Assembly (NCBI GenBank): GCA_030696455.1
Contig: JAUYSH010000121.1
Coordinates: forward strand, 10,078-74,077
From: Elusimicrobiota bacterium
GTDB lineage: Bacteria > Elusimicrobiota > Elusimicrobia > UBA1565 > UBA9628
Length of the DNA: 64,000 nucleotides
Reading direction: 5' to 3'
Within the stretch, counting starts at the first letter, position 1. Each line of letters opens with the position of its first letter. Below, piece after piece: positions 42,030 through 51,164 of this stretch. The notes under the pieces are model-generated. The model saw nothing but the letters and a program-made list of their open reading frames with translations. It did not search any database and had not been told where the DNA came from. The translations under genes were made by a program, and so were the position numbers.

Positions 42030-42508
42030 TTCCTCTTCTTGGTTTTCGCGGTCTTCCGCCGCAGCAGGTTCCGCGGGTTCTTGGGCAGCAGGCCGGAGGC
42101 AAGCGGGTCGAAGGCCAGGGGCAGGAGCTTATAGACCGTCGTCTTGAGCACGCTGCGGCGCCCGGTGGTCGGGTTCAGGTCGACGAGATAGATGTCGGTG
42201 TCCTTGTCGCTGAACTCGTGCATGACCTGGCGGCACGCCCCGCAGGGCTTGGCCGCGGCGCCGACGACGGCGACGGCCTTGATCGAGTCGAAGCCGCCGG
42301 CGACCGCGTGGTAGATCGCGGCGCGCTCGGCGCACATCGCAAGGCCGTAGCTCGCGTTCTCCACGTTGCAGCCGGGGAAGACCCGTCCGCTCGCGGTGAG
42401 CACGGCCGCGCCGACGGGATAGCGCGAGTACGGGCAGTAGGCGCGCTTCTGCGCCTGCACGGCGGTCTCGATGAGGCGGTCGATGGAGCGCTTCGAGTTC
42501 TTGGCCAT
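42026..42508 (-). CDS. cdd: Cytidine deaminase with a basic C-terminal tail
   Basis: Starts at MAKNSKRSIDRLI. Zinc motifs ..GLAMCAERAAI.. (CAE) and ..PCGACRQVM.. (PCxxC) are present. The tail ends ..RRKTAKTKKRK. The upstream part of ORF 42026..43153 is a shadow of mtnP. Confidence 0.88.
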   Translation of the reverse strand: MAKNSKRSIDRLIETAVQAQKRAYCPYSRYPVGAAVLTASGRVFPGCNVENASYGLAMCAERAAIYHAVAGGFDSIKAVAVVGAAAKPCGACRQVMHEFSDKDTDIYLVDLNPTTGRRSVLKTTVYKLLPLAFDPLASGLLPKNPRNLLRRKTAKTKKRK

Positions 42509-43374
42509 CAGAGGTACCTCCTCACGAGCAGATCGAGCTTCTTGAGCGTCGCCTTGCTGCGCGCCTCGGGGGCGGTGAACAGGGCGCCTTTGAGGGCTTC
42601 GGAGAAGGCCGGTTCGAGCGGAGCCGCGGCCATGCGCGGCACGGCCAGTCGCATGAGCTTCTGCGCGTTGGCCGAGTTGGCGTGCAGGTTGGCCACGACC
42701 ATCTCCGTGTGGACCTCCTCGCCCTCCTTCCAACAGTCGTAGTCCGTGACCATCGCGACCTGCGAATAGACAAACTCGGCCTCGCGGGCGAGCTTGGCCT
42801 CGGTGGCGGCGGTCATGCCGATCAAGGACCAGCCGAAGGAGCGGTGCATCTCGCTCTCGGCCTTGGTCGAGAAGGCCGGGCCTTCCATGCAGCAGTAGGT
42901 GCCGCCGAACACGGACTTGATGCCGAGCTCCTGGGCGCAATCGAAGACGAGGCGGTTCTGCTCCGGCGCGAAGGGGGGATTCAGCGCGATGTGGGCGACC
43001 AGGCCGTTCCCGAAGAAGGTCTGGATGCGGTCCTTGGTCCGGTCCACCAGCTGGTCGGGGAACACGAAGGTGCGGGGAGGAAGCTCCTCCTTCAGCGAGC
43101 CGACCGCGCTGAAGGCCAGCACGCGCTCCACGCCGAGGGACTTCAGGGCCCACATGTTGGCGCGCTGATTGATCTCGGTCGGAGTGACGACATGGCCCTT
43201 GCCGTGGCGGGGGAGAAACGCGCAGGGAATCCCCTCGAGGGAGCCCAGGACGATAGGGCCCGAATGGGCGCCGAAAGGCGTCTTGAGGCGCAGCTCCCGG
43301 GGATTCTTGATCGCCTCGGAGGAGTACAGGCCGCTTCCGCCGATGACGCCGACCTTTGCGAAGTTCTTGTTCAT
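42508..43374 (-). CDS. mtnP: S-methyl-5'-thioadenosine phosphorylase
   Basis: ATG at 43374 (MNKNFAKVGVIGGSGLY..); a TTG lies at 43386. Also ..LPRHGKGH...P.EIN.RAN.WALK.LGV.. and ..MT...E..LAREAE..Y....VTDYD... Confidence 0.88.
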   Translation of the reverse strand: MNKNFAKVGVIGGSGLYSSEAIKNPRELRLKTPFGAHSGPIVLGSLEGIPCAFLPRHGKGHVVTPTEINQRANMWALKSLGVERVLAFSAVGSLKEELPPRTFVFPDQLVDRTKDRIQTFFGNGLVAHIALNPPFAPEQNRLVFDCAQELGIKSVFGGTYCCMEGPAFSTKAESEMHRSFGWSLIGMTAATEAKLAREAEFVYSQVAMVTDYDCWKEGEEVHTEMVVANLHANSANAQKLMRLAVPRMAAAPLEPAFSEALKGALFTAPEARSKATLKKLDLLVRRYL

Positions 43375-43376
43375 CT

Positions 43377-43760
43377 TCACGGGCAATACCCTCCCAGGGG
43401 CAGGAGCTCCTTGATGAGCTCGTAGAGCGATTGCAGGTCCACGGGCTTCTGTACGAATCGGGTCTTCGGGTCCTTGGGCAGAAGCTTCTCGAGCTTGGCG
43501 AACGGGTGCGCCGACATGAAGATCACGGGGATGTGCTTCGTGGCCTCGTCCTTCTGAAGGACCTGGTAGGCCGACGAGCCGTAGGCGCCCGGCATCTGGA
43601 TGTCGGTGAGGATCAGGTGCGGCCGGTGCTCGCCGGCCTTCTGGGCGAGCTGATAGCCGTCGCTGACGACGATCACGCGGTTGCCCTTGGCCGACAGGTA
43701 GTCGCTCAGGAGCCCGGTGATGTCCGGGTTGTCGTCTGCGATCAGTATTTGCGCGATCAT
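43377..43760 (-). CDS. Stand-alone response-regulator receiver domain (canonical)
   Basis: [14 protein letters not shown].. (acidic pair), ..[15 protein letters not shown].. (phospho-acceptor Asp), ..VIFMSAH.., ..FVQKP... ATGA overlap with the glyA stop. Confidence 0.85.
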   Translation of the reverse strand: MIAQILIADDNPDITGLLSDYLSAKGNRVIVVSDGYQLAQKAGEHRPHLILTDIQMPGAYGSSAYQVLQKDEATKHIPVIFMSAHPFAKLEKLLPKDPKTRFVQKPVDLQSLYELIKELLPLGGYCP

Positions 43761-45025
43761 TTGGCTGTGAGCAGCTTCTCCATGATCGACGGATATATCG
43801 GGAAGCGCCGGCAAAGGGCGGTGACGCCCTGCTTGACCCGGCTCAGGGCCGCGTCGTCGGTCCGGACCTTAAGCGCGTCGTCGATGAGGGAGGCGACCTC
43901 GTCCATCTCCCTCTCGCCCATGCCCCGCGTCGTGAGCGCGGGCGTGCCGATGCGCACGCCGGAGGCGATGAACGGCTTTTGCGGATCATAGGGGATGGCG
44001 TTCTTGTTGACGGTGATGCCCGCCTTGTCGAGCGCCTCCTCGGCTTCCTTGCCCGTCGCGTTCTTCGGGCGCAGGTCCACCGAGAACAGGTGGCAGTCGG
44101 TGCCGCCGGCGACGATGCGGAAGCCCCGGTCGGAAAGGGATTTGGAGAGGCGCCGTGCATTGGCGATCACCTGGGTCTGGTACTGCTTGAACTCGGGCCT
44201 GAGCGCCTCGGCGAAGCAGACCGCCTTCGCCGCGATGACGTGCATCAGCGGCCCGCCCTGCTCGCCGGGGAACACGCTCGAGTCCAGCGCCTTGGCGTGG
44301 GCCGACTTGCACATCACCATGCCTCCGCGCGGGCCCCGCAAGGTCTTGTGCGTGGTGGTGGTCGTGAAGTCGGCCAGGGCCACGGGCGACGGGTAGACGC
44401 CCGCCGCGATGAGGCCCGCGTAGTGTGCGATATCGGCGGCGAAGAGCGCTCCGTTCTCGTCGGCGATCTTCTTGAGGCGAGCCCAGTCGATGACCCGCGA
44501 GTAGTTCGAGGCGCCGACGAAGAGGATGCGGGGCTTGTTCTCACGCGCGTCCTTCTCCGCCTTCTCGTAATCGATCAATTCATCGTCCTTGCGGACATCG
44601 ATGGGGATGATCTTGTAGTACTTGCCGGAGAAGTTCATCGGATGGCCGTGCGACAGGTGTCCGCCGTGCGCGAGGTTGAGTCCCATCACCCCGTCGCCGG
44701 GCTTGAGCACGGAGAGGTACATCGCCATGTTGGCCTGCGAGCCGGAGTGCGGCTGGACGTTGACGTGCTCGGCCCCGAAGAGCTTCTTGGCGCGTTCGAT
44801 GGCGAGCGACTCGGCCTGGTCGACGAACTCGCAGCCGCCGTAATAGCGCTTCCCGGGATAGCCTTCGGCGTACTTGTTGGTCAGCAGGGAGCCTTGGGCT
44901 TCCATCACGGCCTCGGAGGTATAGTTCTCCGAGGCGATGAGCTCGAGGTTGTCGGACTGGCGGCGCGCTTCGCGCGCGATCGCGGCGTACAGCTCGGGAT
45001 CCAGGTCAGCGAGGGTTTTGGGCAT
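43757..45025 (-). CDS. glyA: Serine hydroxymethyltransferase
   Basis: 422 aa with ..[37 protein letters not shown].. and ..[14 protein letters not shown].. (PLP Lys). Confidence 0.95.
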   Translation of the reverse strand: MPKTLADLDPELYAAIAREARRQSDNLELIASENYTSEAVMEAQGSLLTNKYAEGYPGKRYYGGCEFVDQAESLAIERAKKLFGAEHVNVQPHSGSQANMAMYLSVLKPGDGVMGLNLAHGGHLSHGHPMNFSGKYYKIIPIDVRKDDELIDYEKAEKDARENKPRILFVGASNYSRVIDWARLKKIADENGALFAADIAHYAGLIAAGVYPSPVALADFTTTTTHKTLRGPRGGMVMCKSAHAKALDSSVFPGEQGGPLMHVIAAKAVCFAEALRPEFKQYQTQVIANARRLSKSLSDRGFRIVAGGTDCHLFSVDLRPKNATGKEAEEALDKAGITVNKNAIPYDPQKPFIASGVRIGTPALTTRGMGEREMDEVASLIDDALKVRTDDAALSRVKQGVTALCRRFPIYPSIMEKLLTAK

Positions 45026-45479
45026 AAGATTGACTCTCCCTACGAATGATGATGTTGAGGGCCTCCTCGATCGAGGCGGCGCAAGCGCGGTACTCCGCCG
45101 CGTCGGCTCCCACGGGGTCTTCTACGTCGACGGGCGCGAGACCGGCGGCCTCGCGCAGGACGAAGATCTTGGCTTCGGCGTCCGGGAATTTCACGAGAAG
45201 CTCGTCGCGGTGCGCGCGCTCCAGGCAGTACACGGCGTCCGCGGCGTCGAGGATCGCCTTGTCCACGCGGCGGGCGCGGTGGTCGGCTGGCCCGATGCCC
45301 CTCTCGGCGAAGACGGCGGCGGCGCCGCGCGACAGCGGCATGCCGTAGGCCGCCTGCGTGCCGGCGGAGGCGGCGGTCGCGGTCAGTCCGGCCTCGCGGG
45401 ACAGCCCGAGGAAGAACCGTTCGGCCATCGGTGAGCGGCAGGTGTTCCCTGTGCAGACGAACAAAACGGATTTCATCAT
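45006..45479 (-). CDS. Low-molecular-weight protein phosphatase (LMW-PTP / YwlE-like)
   Basis: Starts at [20 protein letters not shown] (CX5R(S/T) P-loop). ..DVEDPVG.. provides the Asp loop. Overlaps the glyA start by 20 nt. Confidence 0.85.
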   Translation of the reverse strand: MMKSVLFVCTGNTCRSPMAERFFLGLSREAGLTATAASAGTQAAYGMPLSRGAAAVFAERGIGPADHRARRVDKAILDAADAVYCLERAHRDELLVKFPDAEAKIFVLREAAGLAPVDVEDPVGADAAEYRACAASIEEALNIIIRRESQSYAQNPR

Positions 45480-46105
45480 GCCGCCGCCGCCTCTTGGATC
45501 GCCTCGGCGGGGATGAGGCCGGCCTTGGTCACGCGGGGCCGGTCCCCCGTCGCATCCACGATCGTCTCCGAGCCTTGCGGAGCGGCGCCGCCGTCGAGGA
45601 TGAAGTCGAGGCCGGGGCCGAGTTCGGCGAGGACGGAGGCGGCGTCGAGCTGGGCGGGGCGGCCGGATTTGTTGGCGCTGGTGTAGACCCAGGGAACGGC
45701 CGAGGCCTCGATCATCGCGCGGACGGCGGGGTGCGCGGGGACGCGGATAGCGAGCGTCGGGTATTCCGGGAACGTCAGAAGACGGCCCTGGGGCGTGGGT
45801 TTGAGCAGAAGCAAAAGCGGGCCGGGCCAGAACTTCGCCGCGAGGACCTCGGCGAGCGGGGTCCATTCCACCCACTGCTTGGCGGCTTCGGTCGAGTGGG
45901 TCATGACGGCGAGGGGCTTCAGGGTCGAGCGTTCCTTGACCTGGAGGAGGCGGCGGGTGGCGGCCTTGATCAAGCCGGTCGAGCCGACGGCGTAGGACGA
46001 TTCCGTGGGGAAGGCGACGAGCTTGCAGGACTTGCCGACGGCGCCGGCGCGGGAGGCCTGGTCGGGGGAGAGGGTGCCGTTCGAGAGGGGGAGGGACTCA
46101 GGCAT
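45476..46105 (-). CDS. tsaC: L-threonylcarbamoyladenylate synthase (YrdC/TsaC type)
   Basis: ATG at 46105. Motifs ..VAFPTESSYAVG.., ..LKERS..KPLAVM.., ..FWPGPLLLLLK.., ..IRVP.HP.., ..TSANKSG.. are present. Confidence 0.85.
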   Translation of the reverse strand: MPESLPLSNGTLSPDQASRAGAVGKSCKLVAFPTESSYAVGSTGLIKAATRRLLQVKERSTLKPLAVMTHSTEAAKQWVEWTPLAEVLAAKFWPGPLLLLLKPTPQGRLLTFPEYPTLAIRVPAHPAVRAMIEASAVPWVYTSANKSGRPAQLDAASVLAELGPGLDFILDGGAAPQGSETIVDATGDRPRVTKAGLIPAEAIQEAAAA

Positions 46106-46781
46106 GCGAGGGCTCGGGGTCGGGGTGTACGACGACGACGAACTCGCCGAGGATCTCGGGCTTCGCGGCGAGGGCGTCCCGAACGGAAACGGCGGTTCCG
46201 CGGATCCACTCCTCGTGGACCTTGGACAGTTCGCGAACGGCAACGACTTGGGCGCTCGCTCCGACGGACATTATGACGTCCTCGAGGAGTTCAAGAACCC
46301 TGAACGGGGATTCATAGAGAACGATCGTGCGGTTTAAGGGGATCGAAGCTTCAAGCGCCTTGCGGCGCTTGGACGGAGTGCGTGGTAGAAATCCCAAAAA
46401 TATAAAAGAATCGCCGGGCAATCCCGAACCGGCCACCGCCGTCGCGACGGCGCACGGACCCGGCAGCGCGGTCACGGGAAGGCCCTCGCGGCGCGCTGCC
46501 GCCACCGCCTTACGGCCGGGATCCGACACGCCGGGCAATCCGCCGTCTGAAACCAACGAGACCGCGTCGCCTCGGCGGACCCGCTCTAAGAGCTTGTCGA
46601 CGGAACGGGGGTCGTTCTCATCGTAACGCTCGAGGGGGACGCTTAATCCAAAATGGCTCATCAAATTACGCGTGCGCCGCGTATCTTCACAGAAAACGAT
46701 CTTCGATTCCTTCAATGTGCGCAACGCCCGCGCGGTCATGTCTTCCAGATTGCCTAGCGGCGTGGGAACCACATAGAGCAT
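46098..46781 (-). CDS. rsmI: 16S rRNA (cytidine1402-2'-O)-methyltransferase
   Basis: ATG at 46781: MLYVVPTPLGNLEDMT.RALRTLKE..IVFCEDTR.T..L. Also ..VSLVSDGGLPGVSDPG.. and ..LPGP.A...A...SGL....F.F.GFLP.. Confidence 0.88.
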   Translation of the reverse strand: MLYVVPTPLGNLEDMTARALRTLKESKIVFCEDTRRTRNLMSHFGLSVPLERYDENDPRSVDKLLERVRRGDAVSLVSDGGLPGVSDPGRKAVAAARREGLPVTALPGPCAVATAVAGSGLPGDSFIFLGFLPRTPSKRRKALEASIPLNRTIVLYESPFRVLELLEDVIMSVGASAQVVAVRELSKVHEEWIRGTAVSVRDALAAKPEILGEFVVVVHPDPEPSHA

Positions 46782-48019
46782 CAATGCGCCGCCGGCTCGC
46801 GAGACCACTCGGAGAGCTCCAAACGCATGAAGGTCTCCACCACCTTCGGATCGAATTGCGTCCCTGCGCCTTTTTTCAGCTCGGCCAACGCGATGTCGCG
46901 GCCGAGGGCCTTGCGGTAGGGGCGGTCGCTCATCATCGCGTCCCAGGCGTCGAGGCACGCGACGATCCTCGCGCCGAGAGGGATCTGTTCGCCCCTGAGC
47001 CCTTCGGGATACCCTCTACCGTCGAACCACTCCTGGTGATAGAGGACCATCTGGGCGACGGGTCCGAGGTATTTGACGGGGGCGAGGATCTGGTGACCGA
47101 TGATGGGGTGCTTCTTCATCTCCTCGTACTCTTCCGGGGTGAGCTTGCCGGGCTTGAGCAGGATGGCCTCGTCGATGCCGATCTTGCCGATGTCGTGCAG
47201 GAGTGCCGCGTACTCGACGTGGCGCACCATCGGATCGGGCAGGCCCATCTCCTGGGCGACGCGGCGAGCCTTCACGCGGGCGCGGTCGGAGTGCTCGGCG
47301 GTGTAGGCGTCCTTGGAGTCCACGGCGCGGGCCAAGGTCTGAACCATCTCGAGGTAGAAGATCTGGAGGTTGTCGAACATGTCCATGTTGTGGAGCATGA
47401 CCGCGGCCTCGCCGGAGAGGATGCTGAGGAACTTGACGTTGTAGTCGCTGAAGGGCTCGGCGCCGACCTTCGCGTGCAGGTTGAGCACGCCGATGGGCTT
47501 GCCCTTGACCAGCAGGGGAATGGAGACGAAGGGCTCGACGTCGCCGGAGGCCGGAGCGAGGTAGCGCGGGTCGTTGGCCGGGTCGGCGACGAAGATGGGC
47601 TGGCCGGAGGCGAAGGCCTTGCCGGCGACGCCCTCTCCGGGGCGGAGGAAGAGCTTCTGGGAGTCCTGGGTCAGCAGGCTGCGGGCGGCGACGATCTTGA
47701 GGCAGCCTTCCTTCTCATCCCAGTTCATGACCGAGCCGCGGTCGCACTTCATGAGCTGGCAGGCGCAGTCGAGGACCGCCCGGCCGAACTCCTCGCGGGA
47801 GATGGCGCCCGAGTGGGAGACCCCGTTCTCCTGGAGCGCGAGGAGCATGTTCAGGAGTTCGTCGAGCTTGCTCCAGCCTTCGGGGGCGCGAGCGGACGCG
47901 GGCGCGGGGACGCTGACGGGGCGGTCGGCCTCTAAGGAATAGAGACGGCGGAGGGTGAGGGCGAGGGCCGCGAGGAGGAGGACGCACAGGCCGGCGGCCC
48001 ACCAGAATAAGCCTTCCAT
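46781..48019 (-). CDS. Membrane-anchored GAF plus HD-GYP domain protein (probable c-di-GMP phosphodiesterase)
   Basis: N-terminal TM segment LFWWAAGLCVLLLAALALTL, a GAF-like middle region, ..LLHDIGKIGI.. (HD) and ..HHQEWFDGRGYPEGL.. (GYP). Confidence 0.85.
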   Translation of the reverse strand: MEGLFWWAAGLCVLLLAALALTLRRLYSLEADRPVSVPAPASARAPEGWSKLDELLNMLLALQENGVSHSGAISREEFGRAVLDCACQLMKCDRGSVMNWDEKEGCLKIVAARSLLTQDSQKLFLRPGEGVAGKAFASGQPIFVADPANDPRYLAPASGDVEPFVSIPLLVKGKPIGVLNLHAKVGAEPFSDYNVKFLSILSGEAAVMLHNMDMFDNLQIFYLEMVQTLARAVDSKDAYTAEHSDRARVKARRVAQEMGLPDPMVRHVEYAALLHDIGKIGIDEAILLKPGKLTPEEYEEMKKHPIIGHQILAPVKYLGPVAQMVLYHQEWFDGRGYPEGLRGEQIPLGARIVACLDAWDAMMSDRPYRKALGRDIALAELKKGAGTQFDPKVVETFMRLELSEWSREPAAH

Positions 48020-48028
48020 AAGGCTTAT
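48007..48028. repeat. 9-bp-arm palindrome centred on the HD-GYP gene start codon
   Basis: ATAAGCCTT (48007-48015), CCAT, AAGGCTTAT (48020-28). The loop CCAT is the reverse complement of the start codon region (ATG at 48019-48017). One arm overlaps a minus-strand -10-like TAAAAT (48032-48027), which lies 7 nt upstream of the ATG. Confidence 0.7.
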
Positions 48029-48059
48029 TTTACTTCATTTTTTCAGGCTCTAGGAAACT

Positions 48060-48138
48060 GGTGCCAGGCCTCCCATTATCCCATTACTCGATGAGGGGAC
48101 TCTTCACCGAGTAATGGGATAATGGGAGGCCTGGCACC
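48060..48138. repeat. Perfect inverted repeat: 31-bp arms, 17-nt spacer (79-nt hairpin or cruciform)
   Basis: GGTGCCAGGCCTCCCATTATCCCATTACTCG (48060-48090) and its exact reverse complement (48108-48138), with spacer ATGAGGGGACTCTTCAC. It starts 3 nt beyond the stop (48142-48144) of the upstream minus-strand gene. It is flanked by the most A+T-rich stretch in the window (48020-48059). Confidence 0.9.
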
Positions 48139-48141
48139 TTC

Positions 48142-49176
48142 TTATTTGGCGTCGATGAGCTTTCGGGCCTCGGCGTCCCCTACCATGTCGATGAGCTGGG
48201 CGGTCGCGCCCTTGCGCATCAAGGGGTCCGCCGCCTGCCGGGCGTAGCGCACGAGCAGGGGGATGACCTTGGGGCTGCGCGAGCTGAAGGCCGCGGTGAC
48301 CCAATACAGCCGCTCGGACTCATCCTTGACGGTGTCGTGCTCGGCGACGAGCGCCTCGGCCTCCTCGTCGGTCGAGGAGACGCCGATCTTGAGCGCCAGC
48401 AGCCGGCGAATCTCCTGATCGAGCTTGGGGTCGCGGAGCAGCCTCAGCATCAACTCCCGGGTGTCCCGGGCTTCGGCGAGGTCGATCGGCGCGGCGGCCG
48501 CCAAGGAGGCACGCTCGCTGTCGATCAGGCCGCCCGATTGGCTCCACCCCTTCAGCTTGGGCAAGGTCTTTTTCCAGTAATAGCGGCCGAGCAAGGCGCC
48601 GACCTTGGCGCTCTCCTGGCCTTTCTTCTCGAGGAGCGGGTAGGATTTCTCCGGCTCCCACTGCGCGAGCACCGACAGCGCCTCGTACTGCGTCCACCAG
48701 GAGTTGCGCTCCGTCATCATGTTGTTTTCGGTCACGCTGCTCGCGCCGAACTTGCGAGCGGCGATGTCCCGGATCATGGGGAGGGCGACCCGGGAGCGCA
48801 GGCGAAAGGCGCCGTTGACTCCGAACAGCTGCGCCTCGGGCTCGGGCTGGCGCAGGTAGGTCATGAACAGCGGCTCGAGCTGGGGATTTCCGGGCTCGAG
48901 CCGGGCAAGCGAGGCCATCACCGAGTCGCGCGTGTACGTGTCCGTGAACCGCGAGAAGAGGTCGAACAAGTGCGCCACGTCCTGGCCCGAGCGAGGCGGC
49001 GTCCGGGCGATCTGGTCGAGTATCCTGGTGCGCTCGGCTCCGTTGACGGCTTCGATGAAGCGGTCTTTTAAAACGGTCACGCTCGGCGCGGCGACGGGGC
49101 CTCCCTCGACGGGCGCCGCCGAACGAGCGAGCAGGGAACCGTTGAGCAGCAGGGCGGCGAAGAGGACGTTGATCAT
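48142..49176 (-). CDS. Secreted alpha-helical repeat (HEAT/ARM-like) hypothetical protein
   Basis: ATG at 49176; signal peptide MINVLFAALLLNGSLLARSAAP; helical repeat-like composition; no family recognised. ATGA overlap with nagZ. Confidence 0.6.
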   Translation of the reverse strand: MINVLFAALLLNGSLLARSAAPVEGGPVAAPSVTVLKDRFIEAVNGAERTRILDQIARTPPRSGQDVAHLFDLFSRFTDTYTRDSVMASLARLEPGNPQLEPLFMTYLRQPEPEAQLFGVNGAFRLRSRVALPMIRDIAARKFGASSVTENNMMTERNSWWTQYEALSVLAQWEPEKSYPLLEKKGQESAKVGALLGRYYWKKTLPKLKGWSQSGGLIDSERASLAAAAPIDLAEARDTRELMLRLLRDPKLDQEIRRLLALKIGVSSTDEEAEALVAEHDTVKDESERLYWVTAAFSSRSPKVIPLLVRYARQAADPLMRKGATAQLIDMVGDAEARKLIDAK

Positions 49177-50639
49177 GGTTTTCTCCGGGACAGGGTTCGC
49201 GACAGCGCCGCCTCGAGGCTCACGAGACGGTAGCCGGCGGCGTCCACGACGGTCATCGTCTTGGGGCATAGGTCGAGATCCCAGGAAGAACGGATCAGGA
49301 CGGCGGCGGTTTTGGCCGCGGCCGTGCCGGCGAGCAGGCGCAGGGCGGCGGCCTGGCCCGGGAAGCGCCGGGCCTCGAAGCAGAGGAACACGACGCGTTC
49401 GGCGCGGCGCGCGAGCTCGGGCAGGCGTCCCAGGTCCGTGGCCGCGATCGGCGCTCGCGTGAACGTGCAGCCGGGGGCCAGGCGGCGGGCGAGGGCCTCG
49501 GGACCGCCGGGGCCGCCCTCGAAGGTGAAGCGCTCGCGCACCTCATTGAAATCGGGGACCACGACGAGCGTGTCGCGGGACAGGGGCACCGGAAGGGCGG
49601 TTTCGCCCCGGCGAACGACGACGACGGCCTTGGCGGCGATCCGGGCGGACAGCTCGGCGCCGTCGGAGAGCTTGGCGGCGGGCGCCTTGCGGCGATGGAG
49701 CAGGCGGGTGATGCGGGCGTCGGCGGCGGCGAGTTGCTCCTCGGGCGCCCCGGCCTGGCGCAGGAGCTCGACGGCGTCGGTCATGCCCTGCAGGTCGTGG
49801 GCGATCATCAGCACGTCGTGGCCCGCGTCGAGGCACTTCAGCGTGGCCTCGGCGACCGGCCAGCGCTTGGTGATGGCACCCATGCACAGGTCGTCGCTGA
49901 CGACCAGTCCGTCGTAGGCAAGCTCGCCGCGCAGGACGTCCCGGACGATCTTCGTCGAGAAGGTCGCCACCTCCTTGTCGAAGGCGGGGAAGCGGACGTG
50001 CGAGGTCATGACCGCGTCCACGCCCGCCGCGCAGGCCGCGCGGAAGGGAGCCAGGTGGACGCGCCCGAACGGCGCGCGCGGCAGTTTGATCGTCGGCAGA
50101 TCGACGTGGGCGTCGACGGTCGCCGCGCCCTTGCCGGGGAAATGCTTCGCGCAGGCGGACATCCCGTTATCCTGCATGCCGCGGATGACGGCGGCTCCCA
50201 GGCGGGAGGCGAGCGCGTGATCGTCTCCGAAGGACCGGATCCCGATGCCCGGGTTGTAGACCTTCGTCGCCACGTCGAGCACCGGCGCCAGGTTCATGCG
50301 GATGCCCAGCGGGGTGAGCTCGCGCGCCATCTGCCGTCCCACCGCGTAGGCGAGCCTGGAATCGCGGGCGCGGCCCAAGGCGGCGTTCCCCGGGAAGGGC
50401 GTGACGCCGCTCTTGAAGCGAAGCACCCAGCCGCCCTCGTGGTCGATGGCGACGAGCAGCGGTCGGCCGAGGCGCTGCTCGAGCTCGGTCACGAAGGCCT
50501 TGGTCTGCGCGGGCGTCTCGATGTTGCGCGCGAGCAGCAGCAGGCCGGTGGCCCCCGTCGACTTGAACAGGGACACGGCCTGGCGCGACGGCTTGAGGCC
50601 GTAGGCCCCGAACATGAACAAACGCCCCGGATCGATCAC
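49173..50639 (-). CDS. nagZ: Glycoside hydrolase family 3 beta-N-acetylhexosaminidase (NagZ-like) with an extra C-terminal domain
   Basis: ..LLVAIDHEGGWV.R.., ..GI.MNLAPVLDV.., ..KHFPGKG....D.H..LP.. and ..VMTSHV.. are present. Confidence 0.85.
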   Translation of the reverse strand: MIDPGRLFMFGAYGLKPSRQAVSLFKSTGATGLLLLARNIETPAQTKAFVTELEQRLGRPLLVAIDHEGGWVLRFKSGVTPFPGNAALGRARDSRLAYAVGRQMARELTPLGIRMNLAPVLDVATKVYNPGIGIRSFGDDHALASRLGAAVIRGMQDNGMSACAKHFPGKGAATVDAHVDLPTIKLPRAPFGRVHLAPFRAACAAGVDAVMTSHVRFPAFDKEVATFSTKIVRDVLRGELAYDGLVVSDDLCMGAITKRWPVAEATLKCLDAGHDVLMIAHDLQGMTDAVELLRQAGAPEEQLAAADARITRLLHRRKAPAAKLSDGAELSARIAAKAVVVVRRGETALPVPLSRDTLVVVPDFNEVRERFTFEGGPGGPEALARRLAPGCTFTRAPIAATDLGRLPELARRAERVVFLCFEARRFPGQAAALRLLAGTAAAKTAAVLIRSSWDLDLCPKTMTVVDAAGYRLVSLEAALSRTLSRRKP

Positions 50640-50680
50640 CCCCTAAGTCTAACAAAGGCACGCGTCGGTTTTGTTAAGGT

Positions 50681-51100
50681 ATGGGGATGGACGCACTGAC
50701 CTTTCTGCGCGAGCGGGTGGATTTTTTCGCCGGCGTCTCAGAGGAGCACCTGACGGCCCTGGCCACGGTGTCGACCCTCAGCGCGTACAAGAGCGGCCAG
50801 ACCATCATGTTCAAGGGTGCCACCGTCGACGGGCTTCATGTCATGGCCGTGGGCAAGGCCGGGGTCTTCATCAAGCCTCCCACTCAGCCGGTGGCCCAGG
50901 TCGCCGAGCTCGCCAGCGGCGACGTGTTCGGGGAGACCTCGATCATCGAGAACGGCACCGCCGGAGCGACGATCAAATGCCTCGAGGACGGCACCTTCGT
51001 CCTGAACATCCCCCAGGACGCCTTTCGCGTCCTGCTCCGCGAGAACCCGGATTTCGTGCTCCGGGTGAAGGCCCTGATCGCCTCGCGCAAGGCGCCGTAA
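50681..51100 (+). CDS. Stand-alone cyclic-nucleotide-binding-like domain protein (paralogue A), non-canonical phosphate-binding cassette
   Basis: The CNB fold pattern is ..FAGVSEEHL..L......Y..GQTIMFKG...DGLHVM..G...V.. The cassette reads GDVFGETSIIENGTAGATIKC instead of ..FGE.AL....PR(S/A)AT... The start may be the second ATG at 50687 (MDALTF.., matching paralogue B). Confidence 0.8.
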   Translation: MGMDALTFLRERVDFFAGVSEEHLTALATVSTLSAYKSGQTIMFKGATVDGLHVMAVGKAGVFIKPPTQPVAQVAELASGDVFGETSIIENGTAGATIKCLEDGTFVLNIPQDAFRVLLRENPDFVLRVKALIASRKAP

Positions 51101-51164
51101 GGGCCCAAATCCATGGGGCCAAAGGGCCCTGTGCGGCGGCGCCGGCCCGCGCTATCATGGAACC

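Noticed and set aside
48091-48114. Mini-ORF ATG AGG GGA CTC TTC ACC GAG TAA (7 codons) in the hairpin loop and right arm, and its mirror GTG mini-ORF on the other strand.
   Set aside because: It is too short to support, has no SD, and the stop codon is simply part of the symmetric arm sequence (CGAGTAATGGG).
48060-48138. CRISPR repeat, MITE or IS terminal inverted repeats as the explanation for the 31-bp-arm hairpin.
   Set aside because: There is only one unit, so no repeat-spacer periodicity. The inner segment is just 17 nt. No flanking direct (target-site) duplication is present (..AACT| versus |TTCT..). No transposase, cas or integrase gene is in the window. A mobile-element origin cannot be excluded without genome-wide copy counts, so it stays as a hypothesis only.
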